Shown one piece after another: positions 62,096 through 64,000 of a DNA stretch of 64,000 bases. How positions within the stretch are numbered: the stretch's first letter is position 1; each line of letters begins with the position of its first letter. The stretch is from Gammaproteobacteria bacterium (lineage in GTDB: Bacteria; Pseudomonadota; Gammaproteobacteria; UBA4575). The notes below the pieces were generated by a model. That model saw only the letters and a program-made list of their open reading frames with translations, ran no database searches and was not told where the DNA came from. The stretch is from positions 20,203 through 84,202 of the forward strand of contig JANQOB010000012.1 of the NCBI GenBank assembly GCA_028279275.1, in the 5' to 3' direction. The position numbers were made by a program, and so were the translations under genes.

Positions 62096-62187
62096 GCAGA
62101 GAATTTAATTATATGAAATGAATCATCAGCATAGCATTGAGCTATAAATAACGTATACACTCCTTATTCAGTAATTCTTGAACAGTA

Positions 62188-62943
62188 TTGCTTGTGAGCA
62201 CATCGCATAAAATTAAAATAGTTTTGGTAGAGCCATCGCATCCAGGCAATATTGGTGCAGCTGCACGAGCAGCAAAGACCATGTGCATTGAGAATTTGGT
62301 GTTAGTCAATCCAGCTGAATTTCCAAGTGGGCAAGCAAGGGCTCGAGCAACAGGAGCTTTAGATGTACTCGAACACGCTGTTGTGTGTGAGACATTGAAC
62401 GAAGCAATTGCAGATTGCATATTCGTGGTTGGATCAAGTGCACGATCACGTGGTTTGCAATGTCCGGACATCACGCCTGATGCTTTAGGTAAAAAAGTCT
62501 GGGAAGAGGTTGAACAAGGCAATGTTGCTATTGTATTTGGGCGCGAAAGCAGCGGTTTATCTAATGAAGAATTAGATCAATGCCATTTTCTAACAACAAT
62601 TCCGGCAAATTGGGAGTTTAGCTCATTGAACATTGCTTCTGCTGTTCAAGTAATTTGTTATGAGATACATAAAGCGTATTTAAATAAAATAAATAACAAC
62701 TCATTAATCGATTCCGCATCAGATTCAGATAAATTGGCGACTGCCAAAGAAGTAGAAAATTTGCTCGAACATATGCAACAAGTACTGTACGAAATTGAAT
62801 TTTTTGATCCCAAGCAGCCCAAGCTGCTCATGCGGCGGTTGCGCCAACTCTATAGCCGAGCGCGTCTAACTCAGGTAGAAACCAATATCCTTAGGGGTAT
62901 TCTTAGTGCAACACAAAAGTATCAACACGATTCCAAGAAGTAA
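62188..62943 (+). CDS. trmJ: tRNA (cytidine/uridine-2'-O-)-methyltransferase TrmJ (SpoU family)
   Basis: SpoU/TrmH fold motifs (IVLVEPSHPGNIGAAARA, IVFGRESSGLSNEE). Confidence 0.8.
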   Translation: MLVSTSHKIKIVLVEPSHPGNIGAAARAAKTMCIENLVLVNPAEFPSGQARARATGALDVLEHAVVCETLNEAIADCIFVVGSSARSRGLQCPDITPDALGKKVWEEVEQGNVAIVFGRESSGLSNEELDQCHFLTTIPANWEFSSLNIASAVQVICYEIHKAYLNKINNNSLIDSASDSDKLATAKEVENLLEHMQQVLYEIEFFDPKQPKLLMRRLRQLYSRARLTQVETNILRGILSATQKYQHDSKK

Positions 62944-63014
62944 AACCTTAATATTTAAAGGGTTATACCTCCCTGTCTAAAGAGATAGTGTCGTTAAACG
63001 GCCACCTCTCTATA

Positions 63015-63039
63015 ATACCTGAGTAATTTGCTAGGTTAT
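63015..63039 (+). promoter_or_regulatory. Candidate IscR type-1 binding site in the iscR promoter
   Basis: ATACCTGAGTAATTTGCTAGGTTAT matches the type-1 consensus ATASYYGACTRWWWYAGTCRRSTAT at about 19 of 25 positions. Located ~55 nt upstream of the iscR ATG. Confidence 0.35.
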
Positions 63040-63093
63040 TGGTTATACTCATACACCTGATATTTAAGCTAATTCTGATTAAGGCGGCAGACT

Positions 63094-63552
63094 ATGAAAC
63101 TGAGTACTAAAGGGCGATATGCAGTAACAGCAATGTTTGATATTGCGTTACATCACCAAGCCGGTCCGGTGGCGTTATCAGATATAGCTGATCGACAAGG
63201 TATTTCATTGTCGTATTTGGAGCAACTGTTTACTCGATTACGCAAACAAGGTTTGGTTAAGAGCACACGCGGTCCGGGTGGTGGTTACTCACTTGCAGTT
63301 GATTCAGAACAAATTGCAATTGCGGATGTGATTGATGCAGTAAATGAAAATGTTGATGCAACACGGTGCGGCGGCAAAGCTGATTGTCAAAATCATCAGC
63401 GATGCTTAACACATGACTTATGGGAAAATTTGAGTGATGAGATTAGAAATTATCTTTCGAGCATTAGTCTTGCGCAGGCCGTAAGCGATTTAAATGTTCG
63501 CAAAGTAGCGAATCGACAAGATCATCAAGTGCATCCTGTTGAATTCAGTTAG
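63094..63552 (+). CDS. iscR: Fe-S cluster assembly transcriptional regulator IscR (Rrf2 family)
   Basis: [19 protein letters not shown] start and the cluster-ligand Cys triad (C-x5-C-x5-C: [13 protein letters not shown]). Confidence 0.9.
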   Translation: MKLSTKGRYAVTAMFDIALHHQAGPVALSDIADRQGISLSYLEQLFTRLRKQGLVKSTRGPGGGYSLAVDSEQIAIADVIDAVNENVDATRCGGKADCQNHQRCLTHDLWENLSDEIRNYLSSISLAQAVSDLNVRKVANRQDHQVHPVEFS

Positions 63553-63601
63553 GTCGAGATTACTTAAGAGAATTTTTATTAAAGGTAAAGGTAAAGTAAA
63601 A

Positions 63602-64000
63602 GTGAAAGAATTAAAAGTACCCATCTATTTAGATTACAGTGCGACTACGCCAGTCGATGAGCGTGTGGCGCAAGCTATGATGGATTGTTTAACTAAAGAG
63701 GGTAATTATGGTAACCCAGCATCGCGCAGTCATAGTTTTGGTTGGAATGCAGATAAAGCAGTAGAAGAAGCACGCGCGAACGTTGCTGAATTAATCAATG
63801 CGAATCCTAAAGAAATTATTTGGACCAGTGGTGCTACAGAATCAAATAACTTAGCTATCAAGGGTGCTGCTCACTTTTATCAAAAAAATGGTAAACACCT
63901 TATAACCTGTAAAACGGAACATAAGGCTGTTTTAGACACATGTCGCCAACTTGAACGCGAAGGATTTGAAGTTACCTATTTAGAACCGCGTGATAATGGT
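63602..64000 (+). CDS. iscS: Cysteine desulfurase IscS; N-terminal portion, 3' end cut by window edge (GTG start)
   Basis: [23 protein letters not shown]... is the typical IscS N-terminus. Confidence 0.9.
   Translation, partial: MKELKVPIYLDYSATTPVDERVAQAMMDCLTKEGNYGNPASRSHSFGWNADKAVEEARANVAELINANPKEIIWTSGATESNNLAIKGAAHFYQKNGKHLITCKTEHKAVLDTCRQLEREGFEVTYLEPRDNG

Overview
Most of this 64-kb window is a low-GC (roughly 38-40% by eye) gammaproteobacterial chromosomal segment dominated by conserved housekeeping genes in classical arrangements. The gene content and order fit a Legionellales-like organism, but that taxonomic guess is low-confidence. The arrangements are ffh-rpsP-rimM-trmD-rplS, htpG, pcnB-folK, panB-panC, pgi, queG, nnr-tsaE-amiB...mutL-miaA-hfq-hflX-hflK-hflC, hisZ-purA, rnr-rlmB, rpsF-rpsR-rplI-dnaB-alr, ispG, tRNA-Leu/queA-tgt-yajC-secD-secF, and suhB/trmJ-iscR-iscS. 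No CRISPR array, integrase, transposase or phage genes are visible. The non-core content is concentrated in five places. (1) A paralogous family of four proteins shares a distinctive N-terminal bipartite arginine-cluster module (RR-x3-DRR ... aromatic/Pro patch ... LV ... RRR-x2-DRR); two of the four are tandem FHA-domain proteins. (2) A ~125-bp intergenic element with covarying terminal inverted repeats is present twice, upstream of pgi and miaA. (3) A decayed tandem copy of tRNA-Arg and hairpin direct repeats sit in a tRNA-Arg/tRNA-Leu locus. (4) An AT-rich islet of hypothetical genes at 44.7-47.3 kb is followed by a 0.7-kb non-coding, GGA-motif-rich region upstream of a GGDEF/EAL gene. (5) An OmpA/BON protein is paired with a membrane-anchored long coiled-coil protein. 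Two small hydrophobic ORFs below the 60-aa track cutoff were also found by eye (55 aa and 32 aa). My hand-indexed coordinates (tRNAs, small ORFs, repeats, terminators) may be off by 1-2 nt. One spot in the lipoprotein gene near 34740 gave me an internal one-base inconsistency relative to the ORF track, so track coordinates were trusted for CDSs.
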